Part shown: positions 9,754 to 17,125 of the stretch, one piece after another
How positions within the stretch are numbered: the first letter of the stretch is position 1
How the letters are laid out: each line of letters starts with the position of its first letter
Origin: Faecalibaculum rodentium
Lineage (GTDB): Bacteria > Bacillota_I > Bacilli_A > Erysipelotrichales > Erysipelotrichaceae
DNA length: 32,000 nucleotides
Assembly (NCBI RefSeq): GCF_001564455.1
Contig: NZ_CP011391.1
Span: forward strand, 120,001 to 152,000
Direction of reading: 5' to 3'
Program-made: the position numbers and the translations under genes
The notes under the pieces: generated by a model
Told to the model about the DNA's origin: nothing
The model's input: the letters and a program-made list of their open reading frames with translations, nothing else
Database searches by the model: none

Positions 9754-9781
9754 AAAAGAGCTGCGGACTGCAGCTCTTTTT
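9754..9781. terminator. Perfect 11-bp hairpin terminator, probably the displaced terminator of the lipoprotein gene
   Basis: aaaagagctgc-ggact-gcagctctttt. A T run follows on the plus strand and the A run gives a T run on the minus strand. Lies 6 nt from the intron 5' end. Confidence 0.75.
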
Positions 9782-9834
9782 GGCGTTTTACCTCATCCAG
9801 CCACGCAGGCCGTTTCGGCTGTCTGAACGTAGAT

Positions 9835-9898
9835 GTAAAGCGAACTTTACACCAAACGCGGATCTGTATATACTGAAAATATGGAAAGCGCGCTTTAC
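9835..9898 (+). promoter_or_regulatory. Paired palindromic boxes flanking the XRE gene promoter (candidate autoregulatory operators)
   Basis: GTAAAGCGAACTTTAC (9835-9850) and GGAAAGCGCGCTTTAC (9883-9898, core AAAGCGCGCTTT is a perfect palindrome). The -10-like tatact lies between them, and SD aaaggag plus ATG 9916 lies downstream. Confidence 0.45.
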
Positions 9899-9915
9899 AT
9901 ACAAAAGGAGCGGAC

Positions 9916-10119
9916 ATGAAAAACTGTCTGGAGGCCCTGCGCAAAGAGCGGGGCATTACGCAGGAGGAACTGGCACGTGACCTGCAGGTCACGCGGCAGA
10001 CCATCAGTTCACTGGAAAAGGGACGGTACAATCCCTCCATTCAGCTGGCGTTCAGGATTGCCAGGCATTTTCACAGGACCATCGAAGAAGTATTCATTTT
10101 TGAGGAGGAGGAAACATGA
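9916..10119 (+). CDS. XRE-family helix-turn-helix transcriptional regulator
   Basis: 67 aa. LRKERGITQEELARDLQVTRQTISSLEKGRYNPSIQLAFRIARHF is a canonical Cro/C1 HTH. Confidence 0.9.
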   Translation: MKNCLEALRKERGITQEELARDLQVTRQTISSLEKGRYNPSIQLAFRIARHFHRTIEEVFIFEEEET

Positions 10120-10544
10120 AACACAGAAATCTTATGACAGCTGTTCTGGGGATCATGCTCATGCTGGCCGGTCTCTGGGCCATGAAGCAGCTGCCTGTTC
10201 AGGAAAACAGCTGGCTGCGTGCCATTTGCGGCATGCTCACAGCCCTGGGGTGCGGATGGTTCGGCCACGGCCTGGCCGGACTTGTGCAGAACCGCATCCT
10301 CCAGCCCTATCCGGAGATCCGGCAGCAGATGGCCATTGAAGCCGCTGATGAACGCAATATTGCGGTGGCAGCCCGAGCCAAGGCCAGGGCCTATGATGTC
10401 ATGACATTTGTCTTCGGTGCCCTGATGGTGGCATTTGTTTTCATGCAGGTGGATCTGGTGCCTATCGTGATGCTGGTCTGCACCTATCTGTTTGTGGAAA
10501 TCACCGGAATCTGGTACCGCATCCGGTATGAGCGGGAAATGTGA
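10116..10544 (+). CDS. Small membrane protein, function unknown (coupled to the XRE regulator)
   Basis: 142 aa, about 4 TM segments. ATGA overlap with the regulator stop. Confidence 0.6.
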   Translation: MKHRNLMTAVLGIMLMLAGLWAMKQLPVQENSWLRAICGMLTALGCGWFGHGLAGLVQNRILQPYPEIRQQMAIEAADERNIAVAARAKARAYDVMTFVFGALMVAFVFMQVDLVPIVMLVCTYLFVEITGIWYRIRYEREM

Positions 10545-10621
10545 GGGTTGGCTGCAGGCAGCCATCAACACCTGAAATCCACAACAACAGCCACGATCTG
10601 GATTATGTTGCATGGAAATGA

Positions 10622-10657
10622 GAAAAACCGCGCAAGACTGTTTGTACACTGCGCGGT
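10622..10657 (-). terminator. Rho-independent terminator of the MATE gene (hairpin also usable from the plus strand)
   Basis: Stem accgcgca (10627-10634) / tgcgcggt (10650-10657). The A5 tract on the plus strand gives a T5 run after the hairpin on the minus strand. Confidence 0.7.
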
Positions 10658-10678
10658 TTGACTGTATTCGGGGATAAA

Positions 10679-12061
10679 TCAGGCGGCCGGCTGTGTCACG
10701 GGAACCCGTGCGTCGCCTTTCAGTTTCTTCAAAGAAGTCTGCATGACTGGGATCGTCAGGGCAAAGGCAATGACATCGGCACAGGGTGCGGCCCAGAAAA
10801 TGCCCTCGAGGCCCAGGAACATCGGCACCACCAGCGTGAAGACAATGAGCAGGCCGTCCCGCAGCACAGCCAGGAACGCCGACGACTTGCCATGGCCAAT
10901 GGACTGCAGGAAGATGGCGCATCCTTTCTGTACACAGGTCAGAGGCAGAAGGCAAAGATAGATGCGCAGGCAGTTGCAGGCGAATTCCACATACAGTTCT
11001 GAGCTGGCGCCGAAAAGCTGCACGAAGAACAGCGGGAAAAACTCGAAGGCCATGGTGCAGACCAGACTCAGCCCGAAGGTCCAGGCCATGACAAGCCAGA
11101 ACAGATGGGTGACGCGGTCCCATTTGCCGGATCCGTAGTTGTACCCCACAATGGGCTGTGCCCCGGCTGCCAGGCCGATGGCAATGTTCAGCACGATCTG
11201 GAACAGCTTCATGAGAACCACAAAGGCTGCGAGCGGAATGTCAGAGCCATACGCGGACAGCGCGCCGTAGTGAACCAGCAGAATGTTGTTGAGGATCGTG
11301 ATGACCACAATGGAAAGCTGCGTGATCAGACTGGAGGTGCCAAGCATCATCACGCCAGTCAGGCTGTGCCATTTGGGGAGGAAGGACGGCCAGGAGAGGC
11401 GGAAATTTTTCGCCCGGAACAGGTAGCCGATGCAGAGCAGGAAGCTGACAAACTGTCCCGCGATCGTGGCAATTGCGGCTCCCTGGATGCCCCAGTGGAA
11501 GACGAAGATCGTCAGAGGATCGCCAATCAGGTTGATCACGGCTCCCACAATCATGGCACCCATGGCATACTCAGGCGACCCGTCGGCCCGGATGATGGAA
11601 GCCAGGCCGTTCTGGACCATGGCCAGCGGCATCATGGCGAATATAATGACACCGTAGGACCATGCCATGGGCAGAGTGGCTTCGGTTGCCCCGATCACAG
11701 TGAGCAGGCCGGTGCCGCCAAGATAACAAAGGGCAATCAGGACCAGACCGGTGATCAGGATGGCCATGACCGTGCTGCCGACAATGGCAGGCAGGGACTT
11801 TCTGTCATTTTCTCCCATCTTCATGGAAAGCATTGCGGCGCCGCCGTCTCCGAAAAACAGGGAGATTCCCCAGCCAATGACGGTGATGGGGAAAACGACA
11901 CCCGTGGCGGCATTGGCTTCATAGCCGATGCCCTGGCCGACAAAAATCTGGTCGGCGATATTGTAAAGACACGATATGATCAGAGAAAAGATGCAGGGAA
12001 CTGCGAATTTCGCAAGCAGAGAGGACAGCTTTCCACTGCCAAGAATTGCACTGTCGTTCAT
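10679..12061 (-). CDS. MATE family efflux transporter
   Basis: The track ORF is 520 aa, but SD ggaaggag plus ATG 12061 gives MNDSAILGSGKLSSLLAKFAVPCIFSLIISCLYNIADQIFVGQGIGYEANAATG..., a 12-TM MATE-like protein of 460 aa. Confidence 0.85.
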   Translation of the reverse strand: MNDSAILGSGKLSSLLAKFAVPCIFSLIISCLYNIADQIFVGQGIGYEANAATGVVFPITVIGWGISLFFGDGGAAMLSMKMGENDRKSLPAIVGSTVMAILITGLVLIALCYLGGTGLLTVIGATEATLPMAWSYGVIIFAMMPLAMVQNGLASIIRADGSPEYAMGAMIVGAVINLIGDPLTIFVFHWGIQGAAIATIAGQFVSFLLCIGYLFRAKNFRLSWPSFLPKWHSLTGVMMLGTSSLITQLSIVVITILNNILLVHYGALSAYGSDIPLAAFVVLMKLFQIVLNIAIGLAAGAQPIVGYNYGSGKWDRVTHLFWLVMAWTFGLSLVCTMAFEFFPLFFVQLFGASSELYVEFACNCLRIYLCLLPLTCVQKGCAIFLQSIGHGKSSAFLAVLRDGLLIVFTLVVPMFLGLEGIFWAAPCADVIAFALTIPVMQTSLKKLKGDARVPVTQPAA

Positions 12062-12342
12062 GAATCGATGCTCCTTCCGCGCAAATGCGGGCGGCAGTAA
12101 AAAGCAGCCGCCGGTGTTTTCCATCTGTACCGTTGCGGCTGCGAAAGCTCGTGTCGTTGTTGAAAACTCGATTTGTGCAATAGGGATTTTAGCAGAAACC
12201 TTTGGCCATTTGCAAAGAAGGTCTGTCCGCAACTGTGACATATTGTCACGGAATCAGGTCCTGCAAAACCAGGTATCATACCGGGCTCCATTCGCGATTG
12301 TCTGTCTTTTTTCGGGCCGGAAACCGTGGGCTGCATGATTTT

Positions 12343-12735
12343 TCAGGGCGCCAGCATGAAGGAATCCGGTAGAAGGCTGCGCACCGTATACCGTTTCTCC
12401 TGTGTGCCATTTGTCACGATGACGGGCGTATCCGGTTCCAGGAGTTCCGCCATCACCTGCCGGCAGGCACCACAGGGCGTAGTCAGGGACTCTGTGGGCG
12501 CATAGACCGTCAGGGAGGCGATCTCTTCCTTCGGGACACCGCAGGTCACCGACATGAACAGGACATTGCGTTCCGCACACATGCACAGGCCATAACTGGC
12601 GTTTTCCACATTGCATCCCGACAGCAGCGTGCCATCCTTCAGTTCCAGGACCGCTGCCACGGGGAAGTGCGAATAGGGGACATAGGCATTGGCGGCAGCA
12701 GACTGCGCCTCTTCCAGGATCCGCCGGTCAGTCAC
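12343..12735 (-). CDS. cdd: Cytidine deaminase
   Basis: 130 aa from GTG 12735 (SD aggaga 6 nt upstream; GTGACTGA overlap with the udp stop). Zinc motifs CAERNVLF and PCGACRQVM. The longer 240-aa track ORF is an upstream read-through. Confidence 0.85.
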   Translation of the reverse strand: MTDRRILEEAQSAAANAYVPYSHFPVAAVLELKDGTLLSGCNVENASYGLCMCAERNVLFMSVTCGVPKEEIASLTVYAPTESLTTPCGACRQVMAELLEPDTPVIVTNGTQEKRYTVRSLLPDSFMLAP

Positions 12736-13516
12736 GGTCTGTCTCCTGCAGACCTGCGGCCTCCCGGTCCCGGACGAGCAGCATCCGCATTCCCCGGATC
12801 GCTGCTTCAATGGCCTGTTCTGTATCCCGGACCACCGGATTGGCCAGTCCGGTTTTTTCCCGTTCCTGGTTCGCCATGACCAGCAGCACGGCGCCGCAGC
12901 GCACCTTCCGGTACGCAGCCACGGTGAACAACGCCGCACATTCCATCTCGCTGCCAAGGACGCCCAGGCGCTTCCACGCCTCCCACTCCCCGTTGAGTCT
13001 GCCCGCCACAGGCATCCGGTCGGGATCGTGCTGGCCATAGAAGGAATCCTTGGTCTGCACCACACCCAGATGAGCCCTGGGTGCTGCCTGATGCAAAGCG
13101 GACATCACATCGAAATCCGCCGTGGCCGGCCAGGCCAGCGGGGCATATTCCCGGCTTGTTCCGTCCTGCCTGACTGCGGCAGTCGCAATGACCAGGTCGC
13201 CGCTTTTGACCTCCGGCTGAATCCCGCCGCAGGTCCCGACCCGGATAAACGTGTGGGCTCCCAGATCGGACAGCTCCTCCAGGGCGATGGCTGCACTGGG
13301 ACCTCCGATGCCTGTGGACATCACCGTCACCGGTTCGCCATCCAGCATGCCAGTCCAGGTTTCGTATTCCCGGCTGTCCCCCACTTTCCGGGCGCTGTCC
13401 AGATGCGACGCGATTTTCTTCACCCGCTTCGGGTCTCCGGGCAGCAGCACATAGCGGCCGATGTCCTCTGCGGATACGCCGATATGATAGGGAAGTCCGT
13501 TCTGGCTGTATTTCAT
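12728..13516 (-). CDS. udp: Uridine phosphorylase
   Basis: 262 aa from ATG 13516 (SD aaggagg). Collinear with E. coli Udp as I recall it: LLPGDPKRVKKIA, VMSTGIGGPSAAIALEEL, FIRVGTCGGIQP, GSEMECAALF. Confidence 0.85.
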   Translation of the reverse strand: MKYSQNGLPYHIGVSAEDIGRYVLLPGDPKRVKKIASHLDSARKVGDSREYETWTGMLDGEPVTVMSTGIGGPSAAIALEELSDLGAHTFIRVGTCGGIQPEVKSGDLVIATAAVRQDGTSREYAPLAWPATADFDVMSALHQAAPRAHLGVVQTKDSFYGQHDPDRMPVAGRLNGEWEAWKRLGVLGSEMECAALFTVAAYRKVRCGAVLLVMANQEREKTGLANPVVRDTEQAIEAAIRGMRMLLVRDREAAGLQETDRD

Positions 13517-13638
13517 GATGTGTCCTCCTTTGTTGTATTGTACCGGCAGTCTGCCGGACAGCTCAATATGGTCAGAACCTGTTGAGACGGATATGATGAA
13601 GACAGATCCAAGAGAAGCAAGGAAAAGGAGAATCTTGT

Positions 13639-14343
13639 ATGTCCACACCACACATTCAGGCAGAACCCGGTCAGATCGCCTCAACCGTTCTGATGCCCGG
13701 CGATCCACTCCGGGCAAAATACATCGCCGAGCACTTTCTGGAACATCCGGTCCAGGTCAACAGCGTCCGCAACATGCTGGGATACACCGGAAAGTACAAC
13801 GGGAAAGACGTCACGGTCATGGGATCGGGCATGGGAATGCCCTCCATCGGCATTTATTCCTATGAGCTCTACAATTTCTATGGCGTCGATACCATCATCC
13901 GCATCGGCAGTGCCGGAGGACTGGCACCGGAGCTGGAGCTGATGGATCTCGTCGTCGGCGTGGCTGCGAGCACGGATTCAAACTATGCGACGCAGTTCAA
14001 CATGCCGGGTATCATTGCCCCGACAGCGGATTTCGACCTGGCGATGAACGCGGTCTCTCTGTGCGACGAACTCGGGGTGCGGGTGATGGCCGGGAACATT
14101 CTGTCTTCGGATATTTTCTACAACGACCAGAAAGATGCGCTCCTGCGGTGGAAGTCCATGGGGATCCTGGCGGTGGAAATGGAAGCTGCGGCGCTGTACC
14201 TCAATGCGGCGAGGGCCGGGAAGAAGGCCCTGTGTCTGCTGACGATCTCCGACAAGCCCCTGGAGGGCAGCGGCCTGTCCAGCCAGGATCGGGAGACCGG
14301 CTTCACGCAGATGATGAAAGTTGCCCTGGAGCTCGTGCAGTGA
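13639..14343 (+). CDS. deoD: Purine nucleoside phosphorylase, DeoD type
   Basis: 234 aa. [35 protein letters not shown]..., [23 protein letters not shown]; closely parallels E. coli DeoD. Confidence 0.95.
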   Translation: MSTPHIQAEPGQIASTVLMPGDPLRAKYIAEHFLEHPVQVNSVRNMLGYTGKYNGKDVTVMGSGMGMPSIGIYSYELYNFYGVDTIIRIGSAGGLAPELELMDLVVGVAASTDSNYATQFNMPGIIAPTADFDLAMNAVSLCDELGVRVMAGNILSSDIFYNDQKDALLRWKSMGILAVEMEAAALYLNAARAGKKALCLLTISDKPLEGSGLSSQDRETGFTQMMKVALELVQ

Positions 14344-15536
14344 CGAGGCGGACCGGGGCATACAGACGGATTTTTGTCGTGGTGGTGGATTCCTTCGGGG
14401 CCGGCGGTGCGCGGGATGCGGCGGCGTTCGGGGATGAAGGAGCCGACACCATGGGGCACATTGCCCAGGCCACACCCGGCTGGAAGATTCCCGTGCTGAT
14501 GAAACTCGGGCTGGGCAGTCTGAGGCCACTCGCCCACCAGACACCGGATCCGGCCCCTGTGGGCAGGTATGGGTTTTTGAACGAAGCATCGGCGGGGAAG
14601 GACACCATGACCGGGCACTGGGAAATGATGGGGCTCAAAATCGACACGCCGTTCCAGACCTTCGGGCATTTTCCGCCGGCACTGATCGAGGCCCTGGAAC
14701 GGGAGACCGGCCGCAGGGTCATCGGCAACCGCCCGGCGTCCGGGACTCAGATCCTGGAGGAACTGGCGCCGGAGGAAATCGCCACAGGGCACATGATTGT
14801 CTACACCTCAGCGGATTCCGTCCTGCAGATCTGCGGCAATGAGGAGACGTTCGGACTCCAGGAGCTGTACCGGTGCTGCGAGATTGCCCGGCGGCTGACC
14901 ATGAAACCGGAATGGAAAGTCGGGCGTGTCATTGCCCGACCCTATGTGGGGAAGAAACCGGGGGAGTTCGTGCGGACGGCCAACCGCCGCGACTATGCCC
15001 TGAAGCCCTTTGGCCACACCGTGCTGGACAGCCTGAAGGATGCGGGGTTCGAGGTGATTTCCGTGGGGAAGATCCGGGATATTTTTGACGGCGAAGGCAT
15101 CACCGAGGCGATCCACTCCGATTCCTCGGTGCAGGGCATGGAGCAGACCATTGATCTGACAAAGCGGGACTTCACAGGGCTGGTGTTCACGAACCTCGTG
15201 GATTTCGACGCGAAATGGGGCCACCGGCGCAATGTGCCGGGATACGCCCGGGAGGTGGAAGCCTTTGATGAAAGGCTCGGGGAGCTGATGCAGGCCCTGA
15301 GGCCGGATGATCTGCTCCTGGTGACAGCCGATCATGGCAATGACCCCACCTGGACCGGCACGGATCACACCCGGGAGCGCGTGCCGCTGCTGGCCTGGAG
15401 CCCATCCATGAAGCAGGGAGGGCCGCTGCCGGAGCAGGATACCTTTGCGGCCATTGGCAGACTGGTGGCGGAAAACTTTGGCGTACCTGTACCGGAGATG
15501 GCGGAACTGAAGACACAGCCGGCCATTGAGCTGTAA
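14340..15536 (+). CDS. deoB: Phosphopentomutase
   Basis: Track ORF starts at 14061 inside deoD. GTG 14340 (GTGA overlap with the deoD stop) gives (M)[41 protein letters not shown]..., later TADHGNDPT; about 398 aa, the usual size. Confidence 0.9.
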   Translation: MTRRTGAYRRIFVVVVDSFGAGGARDAAAFGDEGADTMGHIAQATPGWKIPVLMKLGLGSLRPLAHQTPDPAPVGRYGFLNEASAGKDTMTGHWEMMGLKIDTPFQTFGHFPPALIEALERETGRRVIGNRPASGTQILEELAPEEIATGHMIVYTSADSVLQICGNEETFGLQELYRCCEIARRLTMKPEWKVGRVIARPYVGKKPGEFVRTANRRDYALKPFGHTVLDSLKDAGFEVISVGKIRDIFDGEGITEAIHSDSSVQGMEQTIDLTKRDFTGLVFTNLVDFDAKWGHRRNVPGYAREVEAFDERLGELMQALRPDDLLLVTADHGNDPTWTGTDHTRERVPLLAWSPSMKQGGPLPEQDTFAAIGRLVAENFGVPVPEMAELKTQPAIEL

Positions 15537-15838
15537 GGAAAGATCCGCAGGATGTCGATGATGGCTGCCGGGGAGGATCATAAGTGGAACTTTTGTCGCA
15601 CGTGCGCCAAAATATCCGGAATTTTTGTCACAGCTGCGACATTTTTTCCTTTACGGATTCGACCAGGCCCATCAGCCGACTCTGCAACACTTATGGACAG
15701 GACTGTCTTTTGATTCGGAGGGCCGGAGATTACACCTGTATAATCACCGGCCCTCCGAATCAATGTCCTATCATTATGTTATTATGGGAACGTGAAAACC
15801 CGCCGTACCTGGAGAGAACGGCGGGAGGAGGGAAGGTT

Positions 15839-16933
15839 ATGAAGAAACTGAAGTCTGTGGGCTCTGCGATCCTCAACGCACTGTCCGGTTCGCTCGTACC
15901 TCTGATCCCGGTGCTGATCGGCGCCGCCATGTTCAAGACACTCCTGGCGGTCTTCGGCCCCGACGTCCTTGGCTGGATACATGCCGACAGCGATCTGTAC
16001 ATCCTGCTCAGTTTCGTCGCTGATGCAGGATTCTACTTCCTGCCCATCTACGCCGGCTATACCTCTGCGACCTACTTCAAAGTCAGCGGACTGCTCGGCA
16101 TGTTCCTTGGTGCCATTCTGATCCACCCCACCTTTGCAGCCCTGGACCAGAGCCTGGTGGTGTTCGGCCTCACGGTTCCCAGTCTGGCCTATTCCGGCAC
16201 CATTCTCCCCATCCTGCTCTCCTGCTGGATCATGAGCTACGTCTACAAAGGCGTGGAAAGAGTCATCCCCAAAGTCCTCCAGGACGTCTTTGTTCCCTTC
16301 CTGACCATTCTCGTCATGCTGCCCATCACCCTGTGCCTCGTCGCACCCCTGGGCACCTGGCTCGGTCAGTTCATCTGTGACTTCGTCCTGAGCCTTGGAA
16401 GCCTGGGCGGTATTGGCACGATTCTGTCCATGGCCCTCATTGGCGCCTTCTGGCAGTACATCGTCATGTCCGGCATGCACTGGATCTTCATCACGACCAT
16501 CATCACCATTCTCGCCACCGGCGAAGTCGATGCCCTGATTTTCCCCGCCTGCACCGCCAGTTCCTTCTCCATAGGCGGCATGTGCCTCGGCGCCTTTCTT
16601 GCCCTGCGGGGAACCGAAGACAAGGCCAAAGCCATGAGCTGCGTCATTGCCCAGATGATTGGCGGCGTAACCGAACCCGGGCTCTATGGCGTGGGATTCC
16701 AGTACAAAAAGCCCCTGGCGGGGATGATGGCCGGGGGATTCTGCGGGGCGCTGTATGCCGGCATTACCGGTGTCGTGTGCACCAACCTGGTACCCGTGGC
16801 GAGTTTACTGGTGTTCCTGAGCTTCACCGGGGCCTCGGCCATGAACCTGGTCAATGAGATCATTGCTGCGGCCATAGCCTTTGTTGTTGCGGCAGCGGTG
16901 ACGTTTGTGCTGATGAAATCGGGGGAGAAATAG
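15839..16933 (+). CDS. PTS EIIC-domain membrane protein (no EIIB or EIIA in this window)
   Basis: SD ggaggagggaagg plus ATG 15839. MKKLKSVGSAILNALSGSLVPLIPVLIGAAMFKTLLAVFG... 364 aa, polytopic, Glc/Bgl-family EIIC-like. The upstream 85 codons of the track ORF are non-coding. Confidence 0.8.
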   Translation: MKKLKSVGSAILNALSGSLVPLIPVLIGAAMFKTLLAVFGPDVLGWIHADSDLYILLSFVADAGFYFLPIYAGYTSATYFKVSGLLGMFLGAILIHPTFAALDQSLVVFGLTVPSLAYSGTILPILLSCWIMSYVYKGVERVIPKVLQDVFVPFLTILVMLPITLCLVAPLGTWLGQFICDFVLSLGSLGGIGTILSMALIGAFWQYIVMSGMHWIFITTIITILATGEVDALIFPACTASSFSIGGMCLGAFLALRGTEDKAKAMSCVIAQMIGGVTEPGLYGVGFQYKKPLAGMMAGGFCGALYAGITGVVCTNLVPVASLLVFLSFTGASAMNLVNEIIAAAIAFVVAAAVTFVLMKSGEK

Positions 16934-16950
16934 GTGCAGAAGGGATAAAG

Positions 16951-17125
16951 TTTATCGACGATTTGGCAGATTCAGCCTTAAATGAGGGGCGAATCTGCCT
17001 TGTTTTTGAGGGAACGTCGATGGTTTTTGGCGTATAATCAGCTTGTATCCGGAGACTGGGACAGAAAACGAGTAGTTTTGTTCATGAACTGAAGACAGAC
17101 TATGATTTTTGTCCGCGAGGTCTCA
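16951..17125 (+). promoter_or_regulatory. CRISPR array 1 leader (175 nt); contains the EIIC terminator hairpin and a conserved TATAAT
   Basis: Collinear with the flank of array 2 at identical offsets: TTTATCGAC (offset 1), TGTTTTT (51), CGTCGAT (65), TATAATC (17033-17039), CTTGTA, GTTTTGTTCATG, TGTCYGCGA, TCA next to repeat 1. Hairpin ggcagattc/gaatctgcc at 16965-16999 followed by ttgttttt. Confidence 0.7.

Noticed and set aside
9424-9876. 150-aa plus-strand ORF inside the intron 5' region
   Set aside because: It lies antisense to group II intron domains I-III and crosses the intron boundary and the terminator hairpin. No coding signal.
10071-12100. Long ORFs 10071-11123 (minus, other frame) and 11105-12100 (plus) overlapping the MATE gene
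   Set aside because: Low-complexity, His/Arg/Gly-rich sequences. The MATE frame has the coherent 12-TM profile.
14118-15581. Minus-strand ORFs 14118-14792, 14303-14728 and 14808-15581 opposite deoB
   Set aside because: Antisense shadow ORFs. The deoB frame matches phosphopentomutase throughout.
15712-15761. 15-bp perfect hairpin as the deoB rho-independent terminator
   Set aside because: No T run follows on either strand, so it is reported as an unexplained symmetric element instead.
12343-16933. Long N-terminal extensions in track ORFs (cdd 240 aa, udp 329 aa, deoB 491 aa, EIIC 449 aa; also MATE 520 aa, cas6 255 aa)
   Set aside because: The extensions overlap upstream genes or non-coding DNA and lack homology. 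Internal starts with good SDs give proteins of the normal family length.
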